Program-made: the position numbers and the translations under genes
Part shown: in pieces, positions 48,742 through 61,300 of the stretch
How the letters are laid out: every line of letters begins with the position of its first letter
Position numbering within the stretch: position 1 is the first letter of the stretch
The notes under the pieces: model-generated
Told to the model about the DNA's origin: nothing
What the model saw: the letters and a program-made list of their open reading frames with translations, nothing else
Databases searched by the model: none
NCBI GenBank assembly: GCA_964016885.1
Contig: OZ024741.1
Span: forward strand, 207,390,001-207,454,000
DNA from: Eledone cirrhosa
Taxonomy: Eukaryota
Direction: 5' to 3'
Length of the DNA stretch: 64,000 bases

Positions 48742-51700
48742 ATGTCCTGGGTATGATATTAAACTACATCCAGTGGCAAGGCTCCAGTTCGGGAGTTCAG
48801 GAGATGTGGGGAATGTGGAGTTACCCCTTAGTTGTCATGACTCCCAGGTCTGCCCTGGCCCGGGGTGGTAGTACCTGTTAGGGCTCCATTTATGGGTTAA
48901 ATAACTACCTTATTCGAGTGGCGCCGGTAAGTTATTGTCAGCCATTGAAAAGAAATATGGAGAGTTGATCTAACAGCACTAGGGTTAGAGCCCCTAATTA
49001 CACTGTCAAGGAGCAGCCTGGTCGTTATGACTCTGCTGGCTTAGAGCCACAGAGAGGGCCAGTGGATGATGGATCAGCTGTCTCTGAGACAAATATAAAG
49101 AATGCAGTTTTGTCCTGCAGAAGAGCCATCAAAATGGGCACTTTGAATGTGAGAACTATTCGGACGCTGGAGAAGAGAGAGGAGTTGGGACATCTGTTCG
49201 AGGAGAGTGGTATACAGATACTTGCGATCCAAGAACACAGGATTCTACACGATGAGCCCGTGAGGAGTGTGATGATCGGGAGGAAGAGCCAGCTCATCAC
49301 TACATCGGCAGTGAAGAACACAACAAATGCTGCAGTGGGAGGAGTGGGTTTTGTGTTCAGTGCAAAAACCAATCTGTTGGTGAGGGAAATAATGCCTATC
49401 TCCCCGCGAATGTTGAGGGTGACCTTCAATGGAAACCCAAGACTGACAGTCATCTCAGCCTATAGTCCAACCGAGGGGGACAGTGATGTGAATGCGGAGG
49501 AGTTCCATGAGGAGGTGTGTAGAGCTGTCAACACCACTCAGGCACACAACATCCTGCTTGTTTTGGGGGACTTCAATGCACATCTGAGTAAGGAGGGCAG
49601 TGAAGATCCTTGCTGGTACTTCCATAACAACACCAACCGAAATGGAAGACTACTGAGAGACACCCTGCTGGAGGCGAACTTGATGGCGACCAACCTAAGG
49701 TTTAGGAAGAATCTGGGGAAGATGTGGACCTACATCTCAGATATGCACCTGTCCAAGTCCCAGATTGATTTCATTCTGGTGAGGAAAAAGTGGCGGAATA
49801 GTGTTCTGAACACGGAACCATACAGCTATTTCAGTACACTGGGTAGTGACCACCGGCTTGTTATGAGTGAGGTCCGCGTGAGCTTAAGAAAGAGCAAGGC
49901 TCAGCCCCAGAGAACAATCTATGACTGGGGAGCTTTCAAGGAAGATGATAAGCTACAGGAGAGGTTCACAGTGGAAGTGAGAAACAGGTTTAGTGCTCTG
50001 TGTGGAGAGTCAGAGGAGAGAGAGATTGGATGGACTGAGGAGGTACGGGCACTTCACCAATGCAGTGGCGAAAGCAACTGAAACCCTGGTGCCGAGGAAA
50101 AAGAACAAAGGGAAGCACGTCAGCTCTGCAAACCCAAAAGTGTGTGCAGCCAGAGAACAGCTGAAAGCTGCCAGGGACCAATTCTATGCTGATCCTACGG
50201 AGGAGAGGATGGAGACTGTGGAGGTGATGAGGGAAGAGCTCTGTACCGCTTACACTGAGGTCAGAGAGGAGGTACTGATAGAGAAGATCAGAAGTGTGGA
50301 GAGAGCGGTTGACAGATCTGGATGTAAGGAGAGCTGGATGATCATCAACGAGATCACAGGGAGGAAGAAAAGGTGTTCGAGTCAGATCCAGGGAACGGGG
50401 CCCGAGGATAGGAAGAGGAAATGGCTAGACCATTTTAGGACCCTACTAGGAGAGCCACCCTCCACAGCCCAGAGCACTGGGGAGATCAGGCGGCTGTTTG
50501 AGGAACTGGATGTTGAGACAGAGCCCTTCACCAGAGAGGAGCTTCAGAGAGCCAAGAAGAAGATCAAGGAGGGCAATGCTGATGGAGTGGCATCAGAGGT
50601 GATGAAGAGGTGTGATTTTGATGATATCATCCTGGGGTTCTGTAACGGGGCACTGGAGAAAGGAGTTGCCCCGAATCAGTGGAGGATCAGTAACATCGTC
50701 CCAGTGCCAAAGAAGGGAGATCTCTCTAACACCAACAACTACCGGGGGATCTCACTGACGTCATTTGTGGCAAAGACCCTCAACAGGATCCAGCCTGAGA
50801 TGGAGAAGAAGCTCAGGGACAACCAGAACGGCTTCAGAGAGGGTAGATCAACCACCGGTCACATCCTGATGCTGAGGAGGATATTAGAGGGAGCTAGAGC
50901 AAAGTGCCTTCCTGCGGTCATGGTTTTCATTGACTTTAGGAAGGCCTTTAATTCTGTGGACCGTTACTGCCTGATGAAGATCTTACAGGCTTATGGAATC
51001 CCCAAGAGGATAGTGGACCTGATATCACTGCTCTACACCAACACCAAAGCCCAAGTCTTTACACCTGATGGGATGACAGAGTTCTTTGAGATACTGGCTG
51101 GAGTGCTCCAGGGAGATACATTGGCTCCCTACCTCTTTTTATCATCGTAGTGGACTATTGTATGCGCCTTGCACTGGAGAAAAACCAGGACTCTGGCTTT
51201 ACTGTAGCACCGGCTCAGAGCAGGAGAGTTGGGGCGAAAAAGGTATCGGATGCTGACTTTGCCGACGACACAGTTTTGGTGACAAATACAGTGAAGGAGG
51301 CAGAGGATTTGATGCGGGAGGTTGAGACTGTGTCGATGAGTGTGGGGCTGAGAATGAATGAGACTAAAACAAAATATCTGGTAGAGAATGTTGAGAAGCC
51401 AGAGGGGATCACTAATGTAGGCAGGAAGCCGCTGGAATTGGTTGAGGACTTCCTGTATTTGGGAGCAAAGATTGGGAATACGGAGGATGATGTGGTTGAG
51501 AGGAAGAGCAAGGCCTGGGCGGCGTGCCACAGCTTGAGATCGGTGTGGAAGTCGGACCTTCGTAGAGACCTGAAAATCCGCCTCTTCATTGCTGTAGTGG
51601 AGTCTGTGCTGCTGTATGGGTCTGAGACTTGGACACTGACCAAGAAACTCACTCAGATGGTGGATGGGTGCTACACGAGAATGCTGAGGATGGCTCTGAA

Positions 51701-52024
51701 CATTAATCAGTATACACTGAGGATGAAAAACTCAGAGCTGTATGGGAGCATCCCAAAAGTCAGCTCAAAAGTGACACAGAGGAGACTGAGGTTGGCTGGA
51801 CATGCTCACCGACATCCAGAGTTGACATTGCACTCAGTGCTCCTTTGGGAGTCCCTACATGGACACACTAGAAGAGGAAGACCAAGGTTAACATATGTTG
51901 ATGCCCTAAGGACAGACACTGGTCTGTTGGAGATGCAGGATATGGCAGCGATAATGAGGGACAGAGACCGCTGGAGAGAACTCGTCCATGGATCTCGGGA
52001 ATTTTACCCGCCTTAGATAGATAG

Positions 52025-52026
<2 letters not shown>
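48742..52026 (+). mobile_element. Near full-length RTE-clade LINE family 2 (APE + RT, two frameshifts)
   Basis: ORFs 49062-50081 (GTLNVRT, IQEHR, YSPT, GDFNAH, QIDFIL, SDHR), 49993-51150 (NYRGISL, QNGFR, FIDFRKAF, GVLQGDTLAP) and 51150-52016 (FADD, LYGSETW, RLAGH). (TAGA)n tail; inserted in (TA)n. Confidence 0.95.
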
Positions 52027-52106
<80 letters not shown>

Positions 52107-52150
52107 ATATATATATATACATATACACACACATATATATATATACATAT

Positions 52151-52217
<67 letters not shown>

Positions 52218-52260
52218 TATATATATATATATATACACACACATATATATATATACATAT

Positions 52261-52303
<43 letters not shown>

Positions 52304-52338
52304 CACATATATATATATATACACATATATATATACAT
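52027..52338. repeat. (TA)n/(CA)n microsatellite
   Basis: Direct reading. Confidence 0.95.
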
Positions 52339-52894
52339 AGGTTTGTATAAAGGGATTTATTCCTTTACCTCAAATTAGAATACACCGCCTAAGCGGGGGT
52401 TACCTCCCTTAGAGAAAACCACGTGTCTGTGGCGACTTTTAAAGTTACAACATACTCCTTTTGTGTAAGAACGAAAGAATTGCTGAAGAAATAAATCCTA
52501 TGTTCTATCGTCAAAAACCATTATATTGCAGACTGCTGCAATAGGAATTTGTCGATCTTGGATTTGCAGAAACTTAGCGCTGGTTGGATGTGATATTGTG
52601 ATCTATATTGTGGATATACGATGTAAGTTATATATATTACACTCAGCCTCACCGCTATGTCCGGGTCAGTATAAAATCTTTTCCTGGTTCCTGTATTTTC
52701 GTTGCTCTGGTAATGCGGTTGGACTGCCGACTGCTATATCTGATTTGCTAAGCTGTCTGAACGTAATGTTATTACTCTGGGGCCTTACCTCATCCGAGTG
52801 TTAAAGCTACAGACCGATTATGCATATACGCTAGCTTGGCCGTATATTAAAGCTTCGTCAATGCTGTACTAAAATTTATACATATATATATATA

Positions 52895-55185
52895 TAGGAA
52901 CGAGTAGGACCCCGACGGCTAATTCTGGACTAAATGAAAATTTTTATCCTGGTATATGAATAGCCGAGCTTCTCAGGGAGTAATTCCATATATGGTAAAA
53001 GTGATTGTCACAAGGATTGGTCAAAAGTTTGTTGTTGAGACACATAATTCTATCATGGCAATTTGTGGAAGGAAGGGGTAGCTGAACCTGCCAGTAGAAG
53101 AGAGAGGGAGTTGAGGAAACCGAGTCGTGCGTTGATGGTGCCAACTACAGCAGGGCAGGAGGTCAAGCAAGTATACTAGGGAGGGGGAGGGAGAGGAAGT
53201 CGAAACAATAAGTAAATCAATATGGAGTAAATATATAGAAGAATACCAAGAATGCTAAAAATATAAAAAAACAATTTCTGGTTACTATTTCCTAACGACA
53301 GTCATCAAGTCTCTCACTGGTACTGCTAAACTATAGAAAAGTTTACTAGGTGGGACGGAATTGTAATGAGATCATTTTAAGAGTTAGTAGTAATCAACCG
53401 AGTATATCTTACGGTGACAAGTCAACAAGTGGGGGGGGGGGGGGCAAAATACTAAAGAAACTACCACAAAATAATAATTCAGAGTCCCGAAACTAATACA
53501 AAATAATTGTTTCTACCCTAGGCACAAGGCCAGCAACCACCCAGTGCAAAAAATAAACTAATACAAAATAATAATTCAGAATCCCGAAAATGAATACTAA
53601 TACTATCTCTAAGGGTGCCGCTACGATACACAAATTCTAGCGCAAACTACATAAGTGCTCGTACGAAGTATATGAAAAATTTGATACGGAAAATTAATTC
53701 AGAATCCCCTCCCCCCACCCCCCCAAAAAAATAAATACTGATATACGAGAAATTAAAGCAGAGATACCACTAAGAAATGTAGAAAGCACGGAAAAGGGGC
53801 AGCCATCGGATAAGAAAGCAAGTATCTGGGGTCTATCACATCTGGTATAAAAAGCGGAGTCGGCCAATTCTATCATAGAATAGGGGATGGGGGTGGGGGT
53901 ACTGAGGCTACAAAGGACCGAGGGGCTGCCTCAGGTGGGCGAGAAAGTGAAAAGGACGAAGACAAAGAAGGAGGACTGGAGTGGAAGGACTAGGAAGGGA
54001 TGGGAGAAGAAGGGAATATAGAGGAAACGATAAAAAGATATAAAAGAAGATCTTACGTCTACCTTTGCAAGCAGGGGTTACCCATTACAAAGTCGGCAAG
54101 TGGGATGTTACAGCCCTTGTCTACTCCCCCCCCCCCCCTGGTCATTATGGGGTTTGAGGGCGAGGTAAGTCCTACGCAATCTGTGTTTGCATGCAGTTAC
54201 CAGTTCGTCTTTTTTGTTTAGGAGTTGGTCCGTCGAAAACAGCATTTGTAATGTTTCCTCCGAGCATAAATTACACGGACATCGTCCTCCCGTGTAAGAG
54301 TTGGCTCTGGACAGTAAGCTCCAAGTGAGATCATAGGTTATATTGTTATCTTTGAGGTCCCAGATGTGGCCCGAAAGTGTGGTGGCGTGACGCCGGGCCG
54401 GGTTTTGGAAAGTATGTCTGTGTTGGTATAGCCGGGTCTTGAAGTCACAAGCGGTTAATCCTATATAAGCTTTGTTGGAGGTGTCCGTCTTCACGTTGCA
54501 CTGGTAGATCACATTACGATCTCTGCATCTGTTGTCGAGACGGCAAATGGATCCATCAGGACAGTTGCACCTCCTGGTCGGCTCTCCACTGCTATTTAGG
54601 TTGAGTTTTTTGTTGTTAGAGGAGACGATGTTTTGTGCAAAGTTAGGTGTGGTGTTGTAGGAGAGTTTGATGGTATTTTTGTTGATTATGTTGTGGTAGC
54701 GGTGTTGTAGTGGGAAGTGTTTTTCGATGAGCCTAAAGAAGATTGTAAGATAGATTTGGACGATTACTACTAACTCATAAAATTCTTTCACTACAATCTC
54801 GCATTTAGTATTCCGTCCCACCTATTAAACTTTTCTATAGTTTGGCAGTACCAGTGAGAGACTTGATGATTGTGGTAAGGGAATAGTAACCAGAAATTGT
54901 TTTTTTTTATTTTTAACATTCTTATTATCCTTCTATATATTTACTCCATATTGATTTACTTATTGTTTCGACTTCCTCCCCCTCCCTAGTATACTTTCTT
55001 GACCTCTTATCCTTAGGATCCTGCTGTAGTTGGCACTATCAACGCATGACTGGGTTTCCTCCACTCCCTCTCCCTCTTTCTTCTACTGGCAAGTTCAGCT
55101 ACCCCTTCCTTCCACAAAATGCCATGATAGAATTATGTGTCGAAACGGCTTGAGCTCAGCCGTCGGGGTCCTACCCGTTCCTATT
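52895..55185 (-). mobile_element. 5'-truncated Penelope-like element (CxCx5C linker) with an inverted 3' copy at its 5' end
   Basis: ORF 54108-54821: FFRLIEKHFP..TIKLSY..CNCPDGSIC..VIYQC..YIGLT..FKTRLYQH..CNLCSEE..LLNKKDE..CKH. About 54762-55183 is the reverse complement of about 52899-53395 (with an indel). Confidence 0.9.
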
Positions 55186-55494
55186 ACCCACTCTACTACC
55201 CTAAGTATTGAGTACTTTGGTGCGTTATGGTCCATCTGGTTCCTTACCACATTTCCTTCGTTATATATATATATATATATACATATATATATACACATAT
55301 ATATATATATATGTATATATAATAAACAGTCTGGACTGTCTTACTTCATCTTCTCTAATCCTGTTTTCTTTTTTTTCTCCACTTTCCATTATCTGATGAA
55401 GGACAAACATTTCCCACAAGCATGAAAATATTAAAAATTTGTTTGTTTCTTTTTTTATTTTGAAATATATATAAGTATATTCAATCTATTGCAG

Positions 55495-55566
55495 GTGTGC
55501 AGCATAAAGTTTATGATCTTATTGTTGTTGGTGGTGGTTCTGGTGGATTAGCTTGTGCCAAGGAAG
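55495..55566 (+). CDS. TXNRD2: Thioredoxin reductase (TXNRD2-like) exon with FAD-binding Rossmann motif
   Basis: ttgcag|(G)VQHKVYDLIVVGGGSGGLACAKE(A)|gtgagt; 72 nt; GGGSGGLACAKE matches TrxR2-type enzymes. No further exon found before 64000. Confidence 0.88.
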
Positions 55567-56135
55567 GTGAGTTATTCTCTGCGTGTGTGTATGTGCCTGT
55601 ATGTGTGTATGTGTTCAATGGACTGTAAATGATGTTGATGATGATGGTGTGTGTTTGTCTAATAATATGAATACAGGCCAAAGCTGTTTGTAGGCGCAGA
55701 CCAGAATACATTATCATCATTTTACGTCTGCTTATGGAATTGCAATGTAATGCATGAAACTACTTACTAATATGGCTGGATTTTTTAGGGTTACATTACT
55801 ACAAATGACCTTACAGCATTCTTATTCACATGACAAAAAGCACAAAGTCCATCCTGTATACTGATCCAGTGCCACAACAACAAAAGCACCCAGTCCATCA
55901 TGTAACGTCATTTCCGTGCCACGATAAAAAGCATGCAGTTCACACTCCAATGTGGTTGGTGTTAAGAAGTGCATCCAACTGTAGAAACCAAGCCAAAATA
56001 TAGATCTGTATGAGCATGATATCTTCGGAAATGACTTGTCTCATAACATGACAACCCATCTGACACATGCAATCATGGAAAATTAGATGTTGAACGATGA
56101 TGATGATGTATAATCATGATATATATGTATAATAT

Positions 56136-56483
56136 GGAGGCACATGGCTTAGTTGTTAGAGCATTGGCCTTGCAATCGAAAGGTTGTGAGTTCAATTCTC
56201 AGACCGGGTGATGTGTTGTTTCCTTGAGCAAGACACTTTATTTCACATTGCTCCAGTTTACTCAGCTGTAGAAATGAGATGATAGGGACTGGGGTCCCTA
56301 TCATTCCACTGCAAAGTGGTCGTGGCAGTGCCACGGCAAAAAAGCACCCACCACTCACTGTAAATGAGGTTGGTGTTAGGAAGGGCATCCAGCTGTAGAA
56401 ATCAAGCCAGAATCAGTTCCCGTCCCACCCTTGCAAGCAGGGAAAAGTGGACGTAAAATGAAATGATGAAATGATGATGATGA
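56136..56483 (+). mobile_element. CORE-type SINE family B
   Basis: Nearly identical to 38828-39170. Confidence 0.85.
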
Positions 56484-56612
56484 ATCAATAAAGACAATGT
56501 GCAACCTCATTTTGTTCTTAATATATACACTCTGCCATAGCACAGAGTGCTGATTCTGGTACTTTTGTCAGTAAACCACGAATCTACTGAACCACTTAAT
56601 ATATATATATAT

Positions 56613-58186
56613 AAAAAAATAACTTACTAAAGGCGACGGATGAGATCTGTGGCTGGAGTAAGACCACAGGCAGGAGGAGAGTGACTTGGTGGTGGAACAA
56701 TAAGGTAGATGAGGCAGTTAAGGCCAAGAGACAGGCATGGAAAGAATGGAAGAATGGGGGAAGCGGGGTACATTACATGGAGAGCAGGAGGGAAGCTAGG
56801 CAACAAGTATACTTAGCTAGGAGGGAAGCAGAGGATAGAAAATTCAAGCATGTTTTGCAATGTGAGGACCAGAAACAGGAGGTGTTCAAGATTGCGAGGC
56901 AGTGTGTCAGAGAGAATTGTGATGTCATTGGAGAGAAGTGTATCCGGAATGATAAAGGTGAGCTTGCCTTCACAAGTGCTGAGAAGAAAGATGCGTGGAA
57001 GAGCCATTATGATAGATTACTAAATGAGGAGAATGCATGGGAAGAAGAGACCCTACCCCAAGTAGACCCTATAGAGGGGCCAGCAGTACAAGTCAGCAGC
57101 AGCATAGTAAGTAAGGCAATCAAAGATATGAAGACGGGGAAGGCAACTGGTCCATCGGGTATAGCTGCCGAGATGCTGAAGGCATCTGGGTCAGTAGGTC
57201 ACACCATAACCACACATATTGTTAACCAGGTAATACTAGAAGGTGTCATACCAAAGGATTGGTGCAGTAGCATCATTGTCAACTGCGACAAAGGTAAAGG
57301 TGATGCATTAGATAGAGGAAACTATAGAGGTATAAAGCTGATGGACCAGGTCATGGAAGTAACAGAAAGAGTTATAGCACAGTTGATTAGGGACTGGATG
57401 AAACTAGATGAGATGCAATTTGGGTTTGTGCCAGGAAAAGGTACCACTGATGCCCTCTTCCTTGTGAGGCAGTTACAGGAAAAGAACCACCAAACTCTGG
57501 GAGGGCTCTGTAGAAACAGTAGACAGCTTCTGCTACCTAGGTGACTGAATTAGCAGCGGAGGTGGGTGTTCGGAAAGTACAATAACTAGGGTAAGAACGG
57601 GATGGAAGAAGTTCAGGGAGCTACTGCCACTGCTAGCTGCAAAAGGCTTTTCCCTCAAAATGAAAGGCAGACTATATGATGCGTGTATACGAACAGCAAT
57701 GTTACATGGTAGTGAGACCTGGGCGCTGTCTGTGGAAGACTTGCGTAGATTAGAAAGAAACGAAGCCTGCATGCTCCGATGTATATGTAATAGTAATATA
57801 CACAAACGGCAAAGCATAAACAAATTGAGAGAGAGATTGAGCATAAGAGGAATCAAATGCTGTGTGCAGGAGAGGCGGTTGCGTTGGTATGGACATGTGA
57901 TGCGTATGAAGGATGACAGCTGCATAAAAACGTACAGAGCACTAGAAGTCAATGGAAACCGCGGAGTGGGGGAGACCCAAGAAGACCTGGGATGAGGTGA
58001 TAAAAGCCGCTCTTACCCAATTACACCTCTCAAAGGCGATGACACACGACCGTGACCTCTGGCGTCACACAGTAATACAGAAGACCCGACCCCCCACGAG
58101 TACAAGCCGAAGCTGAAGCATATAGACAATATGGTCCACATCCTCCCACTGCAAATTGGTCGTGGAGGTGCCACGGCAAAAAAGCA
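56613..58186 (+). mobile_element. RTE LINE family 1 copy with internal deletion
   Basis: ORFs 56681-57544 and 57660-57995. A junction near 57484 removes the RT core and the Cys-rich insert. Confidence 0.92.
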
Positions 58187-58252
58187 ATGATCCTATCATT
58201 GCATTGAGCTAGAAAATTTACTCTCATTTATATTATTATTATTATTATTATT

Positions 58253-58360
58253 GAAGGTTAACTTTGCCTTTCATCCTTCCGGGGTCGATAGAATAAAGTG
58301 CCAGTAATGCATTGGGTAATTGCTGGCCTTGTGCCAAAAGTAGAAACAATTATTATTATT
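58253..58360 (+). mobile_element. 5'-truncated SINE family A in an (ATT)n tract
   Basis: aggttaactttgcctttcatcc..ggccttgtgccaaaagtagaaacaattattattatt. Confidence 0.8.
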
Positions 58361-61300
58361 GAAGGTGAAGCCACGCTTCTTATCGCCTCTAGTTTTTTTT
58401 CAACAGTTTACATCGTTTTCAACCGTTCTAAACCTTTTATTCAAGGTTTTAACTTGATAAAAGTTTAGAAGAAGTGACCCACCTAATACAGGGGTTCACT
58501 CGTAATTAATACGGCACCCCTTTACGTGTGTAAAAATATTATTTAAAAAAAAAAAATTTCTTTCAACATGGATAACATAAGAAAGAGAGAGAGCGCTGTC
58601 AGACAACACAGAGAGAGGGAGACTTTGTCAGCATATCAACAAGACAGCATTCCAGCAAAGGTAAATATAAAAGAAAATATTACAAAGATAAAGAGGAACA
58701 ATAGCATTTTTAATGATATTGTTACAGATTTAAAATTACCAAATATTTCTAACACAAACAACACCAACAATAACACCAACAACAACACCATTAATAACAA
58801 CTACAACAACAAAAATAACAGCGGTAAGGTCGAGAACGACAATAAAAATGACAATAACAATAGCCACAACAACAATAATAGTACGAACAGTATCAACAAA
58901 AACAACAATAATAACAACAACCACAATAACAGCAACAACAGCATCAGATTCAACGAAAACAACAGCAACAACAGTACCAACGAAAAGATCAACAATGACA
59001 TCGATACCTGTAACAGCGATCTCAGCACCACCAGCAAGACCAGTAGCAGCAGCAATAGTGGTGCAGCTGAAAAAGGGACCACTTCTTTTGCGAGTGTCGC
59101 TCGAAATATCGAGACAATGTTAATCACAGGGGAGGAGGTGGCAGTCGCAAGGGCCATGGTGACAAGAAGCGCCAATAGAGTCTCCCTGAAAGCTCCACCC
59201 AATTTTTTTCAAGGACCAGCAGCTACGGACGGTGACTTACCGCACCGTAAGCAAAATGTCACATCGGGTGGAGAGAGCCACGGAGGCTCAAATTCCAAAG
59301 GCCTTGGGGTGCGTCTGGGTGCGCAAAAGCCACATCACCCGAGGCAGAAAGTACGCCACAGTAGACGTACTTTTCGCCACTCCGCAAGAAGCGAAGTCTC
59401 ATCTTTCGAAACCCTAAAGAGTGAGGAGATAGTCTTCGTGCCCTCCTACTGCGGGAAGAAAATTGTGAGGGTCAAAGTGACCCAGGTCCCACCCGATGTG
59501 CCCATACCTTGGCTGGCCGCGTCGGTCCATGCTGGAATCGAGGACAGGACGACCATGCTGCAAGTAGAGAAAATAGGGAGAGAGAACTGGTCAGGTATAG
59601 GCATGCAAATGCTTATACAAACTGACCAGGAGCGTATTGACGCTATCCCCAATATCATAGACTTCGAGGAAGGACTCCAACTCCCTATAAGCGTGGAAGG
59701 AAGACAGCCAAAATGTTATCTCTGTGGGTCAAAGGTTCACCTCAGGGCCTTTTGCCCACAGAAGACAGCGAAGAAGAAGGCCACTTTCCTTCCAATACCT
59801 GGTCTGCTGTTACCAAGAGCAGGGCAGGCAACAAACGCAGAAGCCCCTTCCACGGTGAGTAGGAGAGCAACGTCTGTGGCACCCATACCAAGGCCACGGA
59901 CAACTAAAGCAAGAACATGTGGCGGCAACACCAATAGCTACATTTGAAGTAGCTGCACCAGCAACAAGATCGCCGGAGAGGGCTCCACTACCACCACCAA
60001 CAGCCGTGGAGCACATACCCCTCCCAGATGCCACGGAATCCGACATAGAGTCTGAGGCAGGAGTGAAGTGGCAAACGGTCTGTCACAAAAAAACAAAAAA
60101 CCAAAAACCCCTTAGCTTCATCCTCCAAAAGCGAAGGCACACAAAGAGGGGTAAAGGCTGCAAGGAGACTTGCAGCAACACCATCACCATCACCACCACC
60201 AACAACAACCACACCACCACCAGCATCACCAAAAACACCAACAACGCAAACACAACAAAACACACACACCAAACAGCAACATCACCCCTCCCCCCAAAAA
60301 GTACACAGCCATAAACATAGCAAATAAAGAACTCATACAATATATAAAGCAGCACACTGACATCACAGAAAAAAACTACTACACCCCACCAACACCAAGA
60401 ACTCTCCCGATAAACATAAGCATCATTGATATCAAAATAAAACAGTACAAAGTTTTAAAACAAAAATTCCCCAACACAGTTGGAGACTTCAGGGGGTCAG
60501 TTACCAAGAAGATATACACTGACATCCTCTTGGAAACACCCATGACCAGCCAAAGGGACGGTTCTACTGTCCCTTCACCATACGATCAAGGTAAGTGACC
60601 CTGTCTCACTTGCCCCGTTTCTCATCCAACATGGCCGTACTTAGAATAGGCAGTATAAATGTACGTGGCCTGGGGTTATCTTGGAAGCAGAGTCACCTGC
60701 TCAACGACCTCAGTTCACTAAACATAGATGTGGTGGCCATCAGCGAGAACAGAATCTCCGAAGCACGAGCCTTCGCACCGATCTTCGGTGGCTACGATGT
60801 ATACACATCTCCCAGCCGTCCAGGATTGGGGGGAGGGGTTGCCGTCGCTTTTCGGAGAGGCTTGGATCTCGCCATACGGGCCATCTTCCTGGACCCAGAA
60901 GTCGGTGGTGCTGGACGTGACCGGCAGCGAAGGCAATGCTTTCAGGCTAGTAGCCGTCTACGCCCCAGCTGAGGCAGGACGGCCAGATTTCTTCAGACGT
61001 CTAGAAACCTTTCTTGGAACGTCCCGCTCTTTAGTGTTATTGGGCTACTGGAACGGTATCTTGGATGCACGCTGGGAGTGTGAAGGGCTAGTGGATAGGG
61101 GAGGAGGGTGCAAGAGCCTCACCAACCTGCTCAAATGTTTTGAACTGTCTGACAGGTATCGACTGGATCACCCGAATGTGCCAATGTGGACATGGACAAA
61201 CCGTATCGGGCCTTCCAGATCGTATCTCGATAGGGTATTCTGCAGAGAACAAGATAAGTCTAGTATAAGTTGTCCACAATTTAAAATAGTCGAATACACA

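Noticed and set aside
52340-52880. Unique-looking segment between (TA)n tracts
   Set aside because: No recognisable ORF, terminus or structure; probably an unidentified repeat fragment.
55390-55430. CTGATGA...GAAA near the TrxR exon
   Set aside because: No convincing stem II or stem III.
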